Origin: Leptonemataceae bacterium
GTDB lineage: Bacteria; Spirochaetota; Leptospiria; Leptospirales; Leptonemataceae
Assembly (NCBI GenBank): GCA_965227295.1
Contig: OZ245742.1
Coordinates: forward strand, 4,352,001 to 4,416,000
Length of the DNA: 64,000 nt
Direction of reading: 5' to 3'
Below are positions 31,653-41,680 of this stretch, piece by piece. Position 1 is the first letter of the stretch, and every line of letters begins with the position of its first letter. The notes beneath the pieces were generated by a model, which searched no databases, was not told where the DNA came from, and worked only from the letters and a program-made list of their open reading frames with translations. The translations under genes and the position numbers were made by a program.

Positions 31653-33263
31653 TCAGCTCCGCCGCCTTTTCAGAATCCCCGTAACGACGCGTAACTCTTC
31701 CACGCGAAACGCCCAGGCACAACTGAAGTACACACCGCCGCCGCCCACGACGCCGAGGACCACAGCGACAATCGCCGCAAACCGCGGCGAGGCCTCCGCC
31801 CCGAAGAGCCCGGCAAACATTTCCACGAGCGCCGCACCGTTCGCGCTCTCGATAAACAACCGCACCACCACTATAAACACGACGAAGATCAACCACACCG
31901 GCACCAATCGTGCAATCGACGCACCCATACGCCGCAAGCTCAAGCGCAGATAGCGGCGGCGCAAAAACGTCATCAACAGGATCGTATTCAATCCCGAGGA
32001 CAACACCGAGGCCATGGCGATGCCGCTCTGATAGAGCGAGTGCACGACGACCAGGTTGACGCAGAGATTCACCACGGCGACCACGACCATCAACCGCAGC
32101 GGCGTGGCCGTGTCCTGGTGCGCAAAAAACGCCGACGTTAACACCCGATTCAGCGAAAAAAACGGAACGCCCCAGCAATAAAACAACAACGCCTGTAACG
32201 TAACATCAGTGGAACGTAAGTCCCAGTTGCCGCCGAAGTAGATGAGGTTGATGATGTGCTCGCCCAGGACGAAGAGTCCCAGCCCCGCCGGTACCGTAAC
32301 GAACAACGCGAAGCCCAATGCCCCTTCCAGTTCCCGACTGTGCTCGTCCCGCCGCCCCGGATCACGCAGTCCGCGCGCCAACGCCGGCAGGATCGCCGTC
32401 GACAACGCCACGCCGATGACTCCGGTGGGCAGTTGGATCAAACGCTGGGCAAAGCGCAACGCGGGGATCGCCTCCTGATCGTCCGGAATAAAATAACTCG
32501 CGAGCACAATGTCCGTGAGTTGATTCAACTGAAAGATGCCCGCGCCCAACACGGCCGGGGCCATCAGCAGAAAAATTTTCTTTAACGCTGGATCACTGAA
32601 TGTTAGCCGGAGCTTCGGCGTCCAGCCGTTCGCCAGGTTGTAGCCGACCTGGACGGCCAACTGCGTAAAACCGCCGACGACAACGATGATCGCGAGCAGG
32701 CGCGCGTTGTCCGCGGGGGCGTGGGCCTGTAAATCCAGCACGAAGAAGAAGCCGCACAGAAAAATCAAGTTCAGCACGATGGGCGACATGGCCGGCACCG
32801 AGAAGTGACTGTGGGTATTCGCCATGCCGGCGAAGATCGCGGTGAGTGACGCCGTCATGATGAACACGAACATCACACTGGCGAGGTCCACGAGCAGCTC
32901 GCCCTCCTCCCCGCTGACGTCGGCAACATACGGCAGCACGTACGGAAAAGCGGCGGTCGCGGCGAGCACGAGCAGCAACAAAAAGAAAAACAGAAACGTG
33001 AGGATCACCCCGGCGACCCGGCGCGCTTCTTCTTCGGAGCGATCCAGGGCTTCGCTGTACACCGGGATGAACGATTGCGCCAGAATACCGTCCGCCAGCA
33101 GATTGCGCAGCATGTTCGGCAGGAGATAGGCGATTTCCCAGGCGGCGGCCACGGCGCCGGTGCCGAAAAACACGGCCTGAAAGTGATCCCGGACGACACC
33201 GAGCAATCGGGACGCGATGGTGAACGCGGAGAGTTTGAGGGAATTCCGGGCGGCGCTGCTCAC
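31653..33263 (-). CDS. murJ: Lipid II flippase MurJ (MviN)
   Basis: 'ASRLLGVVRD', 'LPNMLRNLLADG', 'RLIQLPTGVIG', 'DTATP'. Confidence 0.95.
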   Translation of the reverse strand: MSSAARNSLKLSAFTIASRLLGVVRDHFQAVFFGTGAVAAAWEIAYLLPNMLRNLLADGILAQSFIPVYSEALDRSEEEARRVAGVILTFLFFFLLLLVLAATAAFPYVLPYVADVSGEEGELLVDLASVMFVFIMTASLTAIFAGMANTHSHFSVPAMSPIVLNLIFLCGFFFVLDLQAHAPADNARLLAIIVVVGGFTQLAVQVGYNLANGWTPKLRLTFSDPALKKIFLLMAPAVLGAGIFQLNQLTDIVLASYFIPDDQEAIPALRFAQRLIQLPTGVIGVALSTAILPALARGLRDPGRRDEHSRELEGALGFALFVTVPAGLGLFVLGEHIINLIYFGGNWDLRSTDVTLQALLFYCWGVPFFSLNRVLTSAFFAHQDTATPLRLMVVVAVVNLCVNLVVVHSLYQSGIAMASVLSSGLNTILLMTFLRRRYLRLSLRRMGASIARLVPVWLIFVVFIVVVRLFIESANGAALVEMFAGLFGAEASPRFAAIVAVVLGVVGGGGVYFSCAWAFRVEELRVVTGILKRRRS

Positions 33264-34276
33264 AGTTTCTCGTAAAACGAGATTCCGCCGTCACGTTTGA
33301 CGTCAAACTCAATCCCGCAGCCCGGGCACATGTGCATGCCGGTTCGATAGACCCGCAAAATGAGTTCGCACTGTTCGCACGTTACGATGCGCGGTTCGGA
33401 AAAACCGTGGCCGCCTTCGCCTTCTCGCCTGGCTTCCGACATAGTATCCGCCTCGCCCGTAAATTCACCGGGATCCGCATCGCCGGCGTACTCGTCGAAT
33501 TCAAGACCGTGTCCCCTTTTGCCGGAGGCCGGCTCCTCGTCCAGGTCCGGCAACGCGGCTTCCCTTTGCGGCTCCGGTTCCGGTTCCGGGGCCGATCTGC
33601 GCTCCGGTTCCACCCGGCGTTCCGGTTCCCTTCGCGGCGCTTCGTGCTTCGTTTCCGGTTGCGGAGAAGCGATGGGCGAACGTTCCGCCGGCGAGGGCTC
33701 CCCCCGCGGACGTTCGCGACGGAGCTCCGGCTTGCGTTCCGGAATCAAGCGCGAACGGGGCTGCGTCTCGTCGTCGACAACCGTGGCCGTAACCTCCGGA
33801 TCGCGATCACGATCTTCCGGAAAACTTTCGCGACGGGTCGGCATCTTCTCTTTGCGATGCGGATGGATGCGCGTGCGTAACACTCGCTCGCGTTCGATTT
33901 CCAGGGAGTAGTCCGTTTGCGAAATGGCCTGCTTGAGATGCTCCTGCGCGCTCGTCCGATCGGCGAAGGCCGGCAGAATATCGGAGAGGCCGAAGAACTC
34001 TAAGAGCATGCTGATCTCATCCGAGGGCTGCACGAGGACCGCGCCGCCGCCCATGCCCTTCAGCCGGCGCGTGAATCGAATCAACGAACCGATGCCCGCG
34101 CTGGAGACGTACTCCAGGTGCACGGCCTGTAGAATAAAAAAACGATTTCCGGAACGAATGAGTTCGTCGAAGAACTCGTCAAATTCGCGCGCGCTGAGCG
34201 CATCGATGCGCCCGCGCAGATTGATCACCAGGATCCGCGCCTCGAAGGTACGATCTGTAGCTATATCGAGCACCAC
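33260..34276 (-). CDS. STAS (anti-sigma-factor antagonist-like) protein with disordered linker and C-terminal zinc ribbon
   Basis: 'LRGRIDA', 'LEYVSSAGIG'; C-terminal CEQC...CPGC. Confidence 0.85.
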   Translation of the reverse strand: MVLDIATDRTFEARILVINLRGRIDALSAREFDEFFDELIRSGNRFFILQAVHLEYVSSAGIGSLIRFTRRLKGMGGGAVLVQPSDEISMLLEFFGLSDILPAFADRTSAQEHLKQAISQTDYSLEIERERVLRTRIHPHRKEKMPTRRESFPEDRDRDPEVTATVVDDETQPRSRLIPERKPELRRERPRGEPSPAERSPIASPQPETKHEAPRREPERRVEPERRSAPEPEPEPQREAALPDLDEEPASGKRGHGLEFDEYAGDADPGEFTGEADTMSEARREGEGGHGFSEPRIVTCEQCELILRVYRTGMHMCPGCGIEFDVKRDGGISFYEKL

Positions 34277-34312
34277 GTTTTATCATCGGGAAGATCGGCC
34301 GAAGCCGGAAGA

Positions 34313-35518
34313 TTATTTCATCTTGCTGCGGGACATGCGATCCAGGGGGATCGCGTCCATGATGCGCTCCGCCGAACGATACGAACGCGCCGTAGCATGA
34401 TCGCTGTCACCGGCGTACGGCGATGCATCGTACTCCGTCTGCCCGCGGTCATCGATGAAGCCGTCGTCACGGTGCGCCGCCACCACCGGCGGCTCTTCTT
34501 CGAGAAAGAGATCGTCCGCGCTTTCTTCGTAGACGACGTCTTCCGATTGCGCGTGCGACGCGTGCGCGGCGAATTCTTCGCCGGGCCCTTCATCGAAAAT
34601 GGGATCCATCTCCGGCTCCGGAAGTACCGCGGCGCGGCCTCCGGAAGCTCGCGACGGACGACGTGCCGTCTGCACGGGTTCGTGTTTCGGCGCCAGGATG
34701 CCCTCGTCGCCCTCGTCCTCTTCGTCAAGCACGGCCCGGCGGGCGGCGGGCGGCGAGCGGCGACGCTGCACTTCCCCGGTATCGCGGAACGTAAGGTTCA
34801 TGAGAAAGAACATTATGAATGCGATGAAGAAAACGAAACCGGCCACCATCATGAGCGTGTTCACACTGTAATGACGCAGCGCGGTGACGTACTCGTTCAT
34901 GGTGTTCACGGTGACGAACATATGAACGGCTCCCGCCGGAAGTTCCTGGTCCACCGGAAACACGGCCGCGCCGACATGGTACTCCGTCGTCACCTTCGCG
35001 GGAAAGGTCTTCTTGAGCATGGCGCCCAGTTCTTCAGAGAGGCTCCCGACGGCGTGAAAGAGCGGGATGGGTTCGATGTCTTTTTCCTTCAGCACGCGAA
35101 TGCGCGCGGGGGAGCGCTTCGACAGCGATAAGATACGCTCGAAATCTTCGCCGCCGTACGGATTCTGCGCTTCGTCCGCCAGCAGTGCGACGTTGCTGTG
35201 CGCGATGAGCCGGCCCTCGATGTCCGTCATGAAGATCTCGTTGACGACGAAGTCTTCGAAGCGCGACTCCGAAACCTCGACCACGCGGCCCATCACCGAC
35301 GAGAGTTTCACCGAGGCCTCGCCCTCAAAGCGTTCACCGGCCAACTGCGCAATCGCCAGTCCGACCTCCATGCCCCGGGAGCGCGCCAGATCTTTGGCCT
35401 CTTTGAGACCTATGCTGCCCACCGTGAAGAAGACGTAACCGGTGGACGTCAGCAGGGCCGCCGTCACCAGGATCGCCAGGATCATACTGTTTAAAAAACT
35501 GCGTGCGATTACGTTCAT
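34313..35518 (-). CDS. Hypothetical membrane protein (two TMs, Cache-like periplasmic part, acidic tail)
   Basis: Hydrophobic segments; 'DIEGRLIAHS' Cache-like strand motif. Confidence 0.65.
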   Translation of the reverse strand: MNVIARSFLNSMILAILVTAALLTSTGYVFFTVGSIGLKEAKDLARSRGMEVGLAIAQLAGERFEGEASVKLSSVMGRVVEVSESRFEDFVVNEIFMTDIEGRLIAHSNVALLADEAQNPYGGEDFERILSLSKRSPARIRVLKEKDIEPIPLFHAVGSLSEELGAMLKKTFPAKVTTEYHVGAAVFPVDQELPAGAVHMFVTVNTMNEYVTALRHYSVNTLMMVAGFVFFIAFIMFFLMNLTFRDTGEVQRRRSPPAARRAVLDEEDEGDEGILAPKHEPVQTARRPSRASGGRAAVLPEPEMDPIFDEGPGEEFAAHASHAQSEDVVYEESADDLFLEEEPPVVAAHRDDGFIDDRGQTEYDASPYAGDSDHATARSYRSAERIMDAIPLDRMSRSKMK

Positions 35519-35690
35519 AGAACTCTCACAATCATGCTTACCGGCACTGTAGTTTATTGTCGGCCGCCGGAGGGAGCATCTGCACAAAGATTGTCCGGGA
35601 AAAGGCAGGATTCACGCCTTAGAATTGGTTGTCAGCAGAGTTCAAAGGAGAGACAAGCCAAATGACTCAAAAAAGTCCGGAATTTTGCAG

Positions 35691-36647
35691 ATGTACAGCC
35701 GCCAGGAAAGATTTCGAAGCTGGATCCCGCACGGGTTTGACTATCTTACGCCCGCCGGAACCGAAAAACAGCTTCTATTAAAAGATCGCGTGCGCAAGCA
35801 GTTCCGCGCCGCCGGTTACGCCGAAATCACTCCGCCGGCCATCGACTTCGCGCCCACCTTTTCCCTGACGGCACGCAGCGACAGCCCCTCCCCGGTTTTT
35901 TCCATGCGCGCCGGCGAAGGCGAACTTTTGGCCGTGCGGTCCGATCTTACCGTACAGGTCATCAAGGCCGTGGCCAATCGCCGTCTGGGCGAAGGTTTCC
36001 CGGTTCGTTTTTCGTACATCCAGCCGGTCTTCCAGGACCGCCCCTGGGGCTCCGGTCACAAGCGGGAGTTCCTCCAGGCCGGCGTCGAGTTGATCGGCGA
36101 GCACGGGGACAACCGCGTGGGCGAACTCCTGGACCTGGCGCGGCGCTGCCTGGAATTCTGTAAGGAGAAACCGCGCATTCTCTACGGCGACGCACGCTTC
36201 GTGGGCCGCCTGCTGGAGCTGGCGCCGGAAGCCAGTCGATCGGAATTGTCCCTGGCGTTTTACAACAAAGACAGCGCGAACATCGCCGCCATCTGCAAGG
36301 CCCGCGGCGTCGACGCGGAGGTCGCCCGCATTGCCGCCGAGGTTCCGCTGACCTTCGGCGGCCCCGAGGCCATGGAGCGCCTGCTGGACATCTGTCGCCA
36401 TCGCCCGCGCCTGCTCGAGATTCTGGAAGAAGGCCGCCGGCACGCCGACGTCATCTACGACTTCAGCCTGGTTCGCGAGCTTTCGTACTACACCGGCCCG
36501 GTCTTCGAGGCCTATCTCCCCGGCTCAGGCGAACAGATCTTCACCGGCGGCGTGTACGACGACCTCTACGCCGAGTTCGGCGGCGAGCACCGAACCGCCT
36601 GCGGCTTTGCGCTGAACCTGTCGATTCTGGTCGACAATGATTTATGA
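35691..36647 (+). CDS. hisZ: ATP phosphoribosyltransferase regulatory subunit
   Basis: HisRS-like 'RSDLT', 'REFLQAGVELIG', 'YYTG', 'GGVYDDL'; short and upstream of purA. Confidence 0.88.
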   Translation: MYSRQERFRSWIPHGFDYLTPAGTEKQLLLKDRVRKQFRAAGYAEITPPAIDFAPTFSLTARSDSPSPVFSMRAGEGELLAVRSDLTVQVIKAVANRRLGEGFPVRFSYIQPVFQDRPWGSGHKREFLQAGVELIGEHGDNRVGELLDLARRCLEFCKEKPRILYGDARFVGRLLELAPEASRSELSLAFYNKDSANIAAICKARGVDAEVARIAAEVPLTFGGPEAMERLLDICRHRPRLLEILEEGRRHADVIYDFSLVRELSYYTGPVFEAYLPGSGEQIFTGGVYDDLYAEFGGEHRTACGFALNLSILVDNDL

Positions 36648-36697
36648 AACTCTGACGGGGGCCGCTGCCGCCGCTAACTGCTGCACAGGATATACTT

Positions 36698-37972
36698 ATG
36701 ACCGCAAAACTCGTTGTCGGAACTCAGTGGGGCGATGAAGGCAAAGCCAAATTCATCGACTACCTCTCCAGTAAGATCGACTACATCGTACGTTACCAGG
36801 GCGGAGCGAACGCCGGCCACACGGTAGAGGTCGGCGGCGAGAAGTACGTCTTTCATCTGATCCCGAGCGGCATCCTGTATCCGGAGACCACCTGCGTCAT
36901 CGCCAACGGCGTCGTCCTGGATCCGGTGGAATTTCTGAAAGAGGCCGAGTACCTGAACGAACGCGGCATCGACGTTCTTTCGCGCACGCTGCTCTCGGAC
37001 GCCTGTCACATCGTACTGCCCCTGCATCGCGTCATCGACGGCGCCCGGGAAGAACGCGCCGGGGCCAATCAAATCGGCACGACCAAGCGCGGCATCGGCG
37101 TGTGTTACGGCGACAAGGTCATGCGCATCGGTCTGCGCATGGGCGACCTGCTGGACGAGAAACGCCTGGAAAACCGGCTGCGACACCTCCTCGACATTAA
37201 GAACCCCGTGTTGAAAGACATCTACGGCAAGGACCAGGTGGAGATGCAGCCCATCTTCGACGAACTGGCGGCATTCGGCGACAGGGTGCGCGGCAGCGTC
37301 GTGAACACTTCGGTGGAACTGAATAAGGCCTTAGCTTCCGGTAAATCGGTGTTACTGGAAGGCGCCCAGGGCACCGGCCTCGACATCGACTTCGGCACGT
37401 ATCCCTACGTCACGTCCTCGAACCCGACGACCGGCGGGGCCCTCGCCGGCAGCGGCATTTCGTTTCAGTACTTAAAAGAAGCCATCGGCATCTGCAAGGC
37501 CTACATCTCGCGCGTGGGCGAAGGTCCCTTCCCCACGGAACTGTTCGGCGACGAGGGCGAACGGCTGCGCAAGCTCGGCAACGAATTCGGCGCCACCACC
37601 GGCCGGCCCCGGCGTTGCGGCTGGTTCGACACGGAGTTGATTCGTCACGCGGTGCGCGTGAACGGCCTCACCGGCATCGCGCTGACGAAGATCGACATCC
37701 TGGCGGACTACGACGAGATTCCGGTGGGCCTTGCCTACCATCGCAACGGCGAAAAACTCGCGGCCTTCCCGACGGACGGCAACTTCGACGGCATCGAGGT
37801 GGAGTACGAAACGCATCCGGGCTGGAAATCGGACATCAGCAAGGCCCGCAGCCTCGGCGATCTGCCGAAAAACTGCCGCGCCTACATCGACCGCCTGCAG
37901 GAACTCAGCGGCGTGCCGATTCAGTTCATCTCGGTGGGCCCGGGAAGAGAAGATACGATCGTGGTGGAGTGA
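36698..37972 (+). CDS. purA: Adenylosuccinate synthetase
   Basis: 'QWGDEGK', 'GGANAGHT', 'EGAQG', 'TTGRPRRCGW'. Confidence 0.99.
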   Translation: MTAKLVVGTQWGDEGKAKFIDYLSSKIDYIVRYQGGANAGHTVEVGGEKYVFHLIPSGILYPETTCVIANGVVLDPVEFLKEAEYLNERGIDVLSRTLLSDACHIVLPLHRVIDGAREERAGANQIGTTKRGIGVCYGDKVMRIGLRMGDLLDEKRLENRLRHLLDIKNPVLKDIYGKDQVEMQPIFDELAAFGDRVRGSVVNTSVELNKALASGKSVLLEGAQGTGLDIDFGTYPYVTSSNPTTGGALAGSGISFQYLKEAIGICKAYISRVGEGPFPTELFGDEGERLRKLGNEFGATTGRPRRCGWFDTELIRHAVRVNGLTGIALTKIDILADYDEIPVGLAYHRNGEKLAAFPTDGNFDGIEVEYETHPGWKSDISKARSLGDLPKNCRAYIDRLQELSGVPIQFISVGPGREDTIVVE

Positions 37973-38056
37973 GCCCGGCCGATTCCGGCGCGGAAGAGAA
38001 CGCCCGAACTAAATTCTACCTGACCGTAAGTTAGTCTCACGAACGTCACCGGAATT

Positions 38057-39343
38057 TCATCCGAACGGATAAAACAACAACGCCACCCCGCCCAGAAAGA
38101 CCGCGCCGAAGTACGGCAGCATGTAGAGGCCGAGTTTCTTGCCGCCGATCGTAAACACGATCAACCACTTGAACACCAGGTTCGAAAGCGAAGCCGTTAA
38201 GATCGTACGCGCGGCAGCCCCCGCTTCCACCGCACCGTTCTGCACCAGGCGCGACGTCGATAGCGTAATCGCGTCCACGTCGGTGAGCCCGGAGATCACC
38301 GCGACGATGTACATGCCCGCTTCGCCGAAACGATCCTGGGCGAACTCGACGGCCAGCAAGACCACGGCATACAACAGGCCGAATACAAAAGCCGCTTTGA
38401 GCTGAGCGGGGTTGTCCATCTCCGGCAGGCCGTCGCCGTCCTGCGTGCGGGCCGCCCCGCGCATACGCAGATAACCGATCAACGCGACGACGGCCGTGAG
38501 CGCGAGCATCAACACGAGCGGAGGAGCGACCTCCAGCACGCGCCCCGGAGCCACGACACCGATCTCCACCAGGATGCGCCCGTAGACAACGGCGCCGGCG
38601 ATCAACACCACGAAGGTGGTGAGGCGCAGGGCCGCCTGCCCGGCTCCGGGCAAAGCCGCGCGGCGAGAGTAACTTACAGTCGTGGCCGTGCTCGAAATCA
38701 GTCCGCCCAGAATACCGCCGAGAACGGCGCCGGCCTCGGGACCGACGATCTTATACGTAAGATATCCGCCCAGACTGATGCCGACGATGAACACGACCAA
38801 TAACCAGATCTCGAACGGATTCCAGACATCGTACGGACCGTAGTTCGCGTTCGGCAGCACCGGCAGAATGACCAGGGCCAGCACGATGAACTGCATGACC
38901 GCGAGCAGATCCTTCTCGCCGATGCGGGCGACGAAGTCGTGCAACGGCTTCTTGAACTGGAGCAGCACGGCGGTAACCGCGCCGATGGCAATGCCCGTGA
39001 CCACGTCCCCGTCGGCCAGATAGACGCCGAGGCCGTAGACCAATAACATCGCGAACTCCGTGGTCAGTCCCGGCGTCCGGCCCCGGCCCTCGCCGGCCTC
39101 CGCATCCTCGTCGTGGTGGCGGAAGAAACTCAGCCCGCCAAGGAAGCCCGTGACCAGCAACCCCGCAACGGCAATCCAGACACTGTACTTCGCGGCCAGC
39201 ATGCCGCACAGGGTTCCCGACAGGGCGATCAGGGCAAAGGTGCGAATGCCGGCCGGGCCGTCGTGACTGCGCTCGCGCTGCATTCCCACGAGCAAGCCGA
39301 TGCCGAGGGAGATTCCGAGACGGACATAGAGTGAAGCTTCCAT
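38057..39343 (-). CDS. MgtC/SapB family membrane protein with DUF4010
   Basis: 'GMQRE...AGIRTF', 'GLTTE', 'GGLISSTATT', 'SGLTDVDAITLS'. Confidence 0.88.
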   Translation of the reverse strand: MEASLYVRLGISLGIGLLVGMQRERSHDGPAGIRTFALIALSGTLCGMLAAKYSVWIAVAGLLVTGFLGGLSFFRHHDEDAEAGEGRGRTPGLTTEFAMLLVYGLGVYLADGDVVTGIAIGAVTAVLLQFKKPLHDFVARIGEKDLLAVMQFIVLALVILPVLPNANYGPYDVWNPFEIWLLVVFIVGISLGGYLTYKIVGPEAGAVLGGILGGLISSTATTVSYSRRAALPGAGQAALRLTTFVVLIAGAVVYGRILVEIGVVAPGRVLEVAPPLVLMLALTAVVALIGYLRMRGAARTQDGDGLPEMDNPAQLKAAFVFGLLYAVVLLAVEFAQDRFGEAGMYIVAVISGLTDVDAITLSTSRLVQNGAVEAGAAARTILTASLSNLVFKWLIVFTIGGKKLGLYMLPYFGAVFLGGVALLFYPFG

Positions 39344-39349
39344 ACTTCT

Positions 39350-40624
39350 TTATTCGGCGCGTTCACGAAAGTACTCCCGCGTTTTCACCAGCGCATCTAC
39401 CAGGCGATCCATTTCCTCGTCCGAGAACGTCGCGTTGACCATGATGCGCAGCGACGGTTGCGCCACGAACCAGACCGGCGTCGCCCAGACTCCGTGCTCG
39501 TGAATCATATGCTCCGTGAACTTTTCCGGAAAGACTTCCACCCGCACCGAGATGATGTGACTCGCTCCCGGAAGATCGAAGGCGTTTTCGTTCAGGCGCC
39601 GGCGCAGATAGGCCGTGTTGCGATGCAGCCGTTGCACCAGCTCCGGTTCGCGTTGCAGGATTTCGATGCTCTTCTGAGCCGCCGCGGCCTGGGGCGCTCC
39701 GAGGGAGGCCGTGCCCGAACTTGTGCGCGCCGTGTCGAGAAGATCGATGAGTTCTTTCGAAAAGCTGCTGATCGCCGCGCCGATGGAGCCCGCGAATTTC
39801 GAAAACGTACTCAGGATGACCGGATGCACGCCCTGCTCGTGCACGCTCAGCGGTTCGATGCCGAAGTGATCGTAGACCCCGCCGCCGTGCGGACCAATGG
39901 CCCCGCTGGCGTGGGCTTCGTCCACCAGCAAGACCGTGCCCGGATGTTCCTTGAGCACGTCAATGAGGCCGGGCAGATCGCAGACGGCACCGGACATAGA
40001 GAACACCGAGTCGGTCATGACAACGACATTCGTCCCGGCATCGGCAAATCGTTTGAGCCGGCTGGCGAGACTCTGCATGTCGTTGTGACGATACGCCTTC
40101 ACCTGCACCGAATGTTCCTGATTCGGAAAATACTGACCGGCAATGCCGCCGCGGGTATTGAGCGCCGCCGCCTGCAAACAGGAATGATTCTCCTGATCGA
40201 GCAAAAAGAGCGTCTTGAGTTTCGTGGGATAGCCCGGCAAACGCATGCTCAAATGCGCAAAGGTATCGGTGAAGGCCTGCAATGCCATCCAGGCGTTTAA
40301 GAATAAATGCGTATGCGGGACCTTTTTGAATTCCGAAACGCTGCGCTCCAGTTCGATGTGCGAACTCACGCGGCCGCAGTAGATGCTGCAACTGGAGTTA
40401 CCGGCACCGAAGCGTTCCGTGGCGGCGATGGCGGCGGCTTTAACTTCCGGATGTTGACCGAGGCCGAGCACGTCATTGCTGCAAAAGTTCAAAACGTTCA
40501 GGACGTCTTCGGAACCCGGGGCGCGAACGCTCCAGGTATTGCCCCGTTTCGCGAGGACGTCGTAACGTCGGGGATAAAAACCGAGTTCTTTGCCTTTGTT
40601 GAGGTACGCCGCGATATGTTGCAC
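39350..40624 (-). CDS. PLP-dependent alpha-oxoamine synthase family enzyme (BioF/Kbl/SPT-like), divergent
   Basis: 'NFCSNDVLGL', 'NHSCL', 'SVFSMSG', 'DEAH', 'TFSK'. Confidence 0.85.
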   Translation of the reverse strand: MQHIAAYLNKGKELGFYPRRYDVLAKRGNTWSVRAPGSEDVLNVLNFCSNDVLGLGQHPEVKAAAIAATERFGAGNSSCSIYCGRVSSHIELERSVSEFKKVPHTHLFLNAWMALQAFTDTFAHLSMRLPGYPTKLKTLFLLDQENHSCLQAAALNTRGGIAGQYFPNQEHSVQVKAYRHNDMQSLASRLKRFADAGTNVVVMTDSVFSMSGAVCDLPGLIDVLKEHPGTVLLVDEAHASGAIGPHGGGVYDHFGIEPLSVHEQGVHPVILSTFSKFAGSIGAAISSFSKELIDLLDTARTSSGTASLGAPQAAAAQKSIEILQREPELVQRLHRNTAYLRRRLNENAFDLPGASHIISVRVEVFPEKFTEHMIHEHGVWATPVWFVAQPSLRIMVNATFSDEEMDRLVDALVKTREYFRERAE

Positions 40625-40728
40625 GGCGCAGTTTCAAAAGCACTAAGTAAAGATCAAATTATATTTAGAAAAACTTACAACCGGAATGAACATTGTTTCC
40701 CGAACTTCACTATCACGTAACGGGAACG

Positions 40729-41502
40729 TTAGCGGAGCGCCGCCCATAAGAAGTATTCGACGTTGCCCTTCGCCCCGCGCAACTCCGATGCCAGAACCGC
40801 GCGCACAACGTATCCCAGTTCCCGCGCGTGTTCGACGACCCCGGCGACGATCTCCGTACGCATTGCCGCATCTTCCAGCACGCCGTCCACCGTCGCCTCC
40901 GACGCTTCGAACTGAGGCTTGATCAACAACAGACAGTCCAGGTTAACGACAGATTTTCGAAACTTAACGAGCGCTTCCAGAATCCGGCGAATCGAAATAA
41001 AGGAAAGGTCCCCCGCCACGAACCAGCCGCGCGGATCGGCGAGATCGGCGGTGTCGAACCACTCCGCCGTGATGTTGCGCGCGTTGCGTTTTTCCAGCGG
41101 CACCACGCGTTCGTCCCGGCGGAGGGCGTAGTCGAGGATGCCGTAGGCCACGTCCACGGCGTAGACCCGCCGCGCCCCGCGTTCGAGCAGGACCTGGGTG
41201 AATCCGCCGTGGGACGCCCCGAGGTCCACACACACGCGATCCCGGGGGCCGTGTTCGGAGGCCATGTCGCGCAACTCTTCGGAATCCAGGGCGCCGAGCA
41301 ATTTGTATGCGCCGCGCCCGGCGTACTCGCGACCGGGTGTCACGCTGATCTGTGCGTCTTCCGCCACGGCAACGTTGGCACGCGATTCCACCGCGCCGTT
41401 GACTTTCACCCGACCGGCCAGGATCAACGAGCGCGCGGTGTCGATATCGTATCCGCGGGCCGCGACCAGATCGACCAGGGGACTTTTCTTCAGTGCACTC
41501 AT
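40729..41502 (-). CDS. tlyA: TlyA family rRNA 2'-O-methyltransferase
   Basis: S4-like N-terminus, 'RGAYKL', 'DLGASHGGFT', 'DLSFIS', 'IKPQFE', 'GNVEY'. Confidence 0.93.
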   Translation of the reverse strand: MSALKKSPLVDLVAARGYDIDTARSLILAGRVKVNGAVESRANVAVAEDAQISVTPGREYAGRGAYKLLGALDSEELRDMASEHGPRDRVCVDLGASHGGFTQVLLERGARRVYAVDVAYGILDYALRRDERVVPLEKRNARNITAEWFDTADLADPRGWFVAGDLSFISIRRILEALVKFRKSVVNLDCLLLIKPQFEASEATVDGVLEDAAMRTEIVAGVVEHARELGYVVRAVLASELRGAKGNVEYFLWAALR

Positions 41503-41680
41503 TTCTGGCTAGCGGCCGCGTGACCGAGTCGCGAACCGACGTCCGGGTCGAAGGCTGCATTCTTAACAAAACGAAAATCCACAACTCTTAAGGTGCCGTA
41601 GCCATATAAACCCCTTAAGTGTTTTGCAACTTACGTTATGTTTCTCACGGCCCACACCACGAACCACAATCCCCGGATCA

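Noticed and set aside
35645..35780. AGGAG followed by an out-of-frame ATG (35662) and an A6 run upstream of hisZ, suggesting a frameshift or leader peptide
   Set aside because: The in-frame ATG at 35691 already gives a complete HisZ, RBS spacing to the upstream ATG is long, and the short peptide has no His codons; unresolved without reads or orthologues
41503..41680. AT-rich gap between ispA and tlyA with a short CTTAAGG/CCTTAAG inverted repeat
   Set aside because: Too short and single-copy to support a call; probably just the tlyA promoter region
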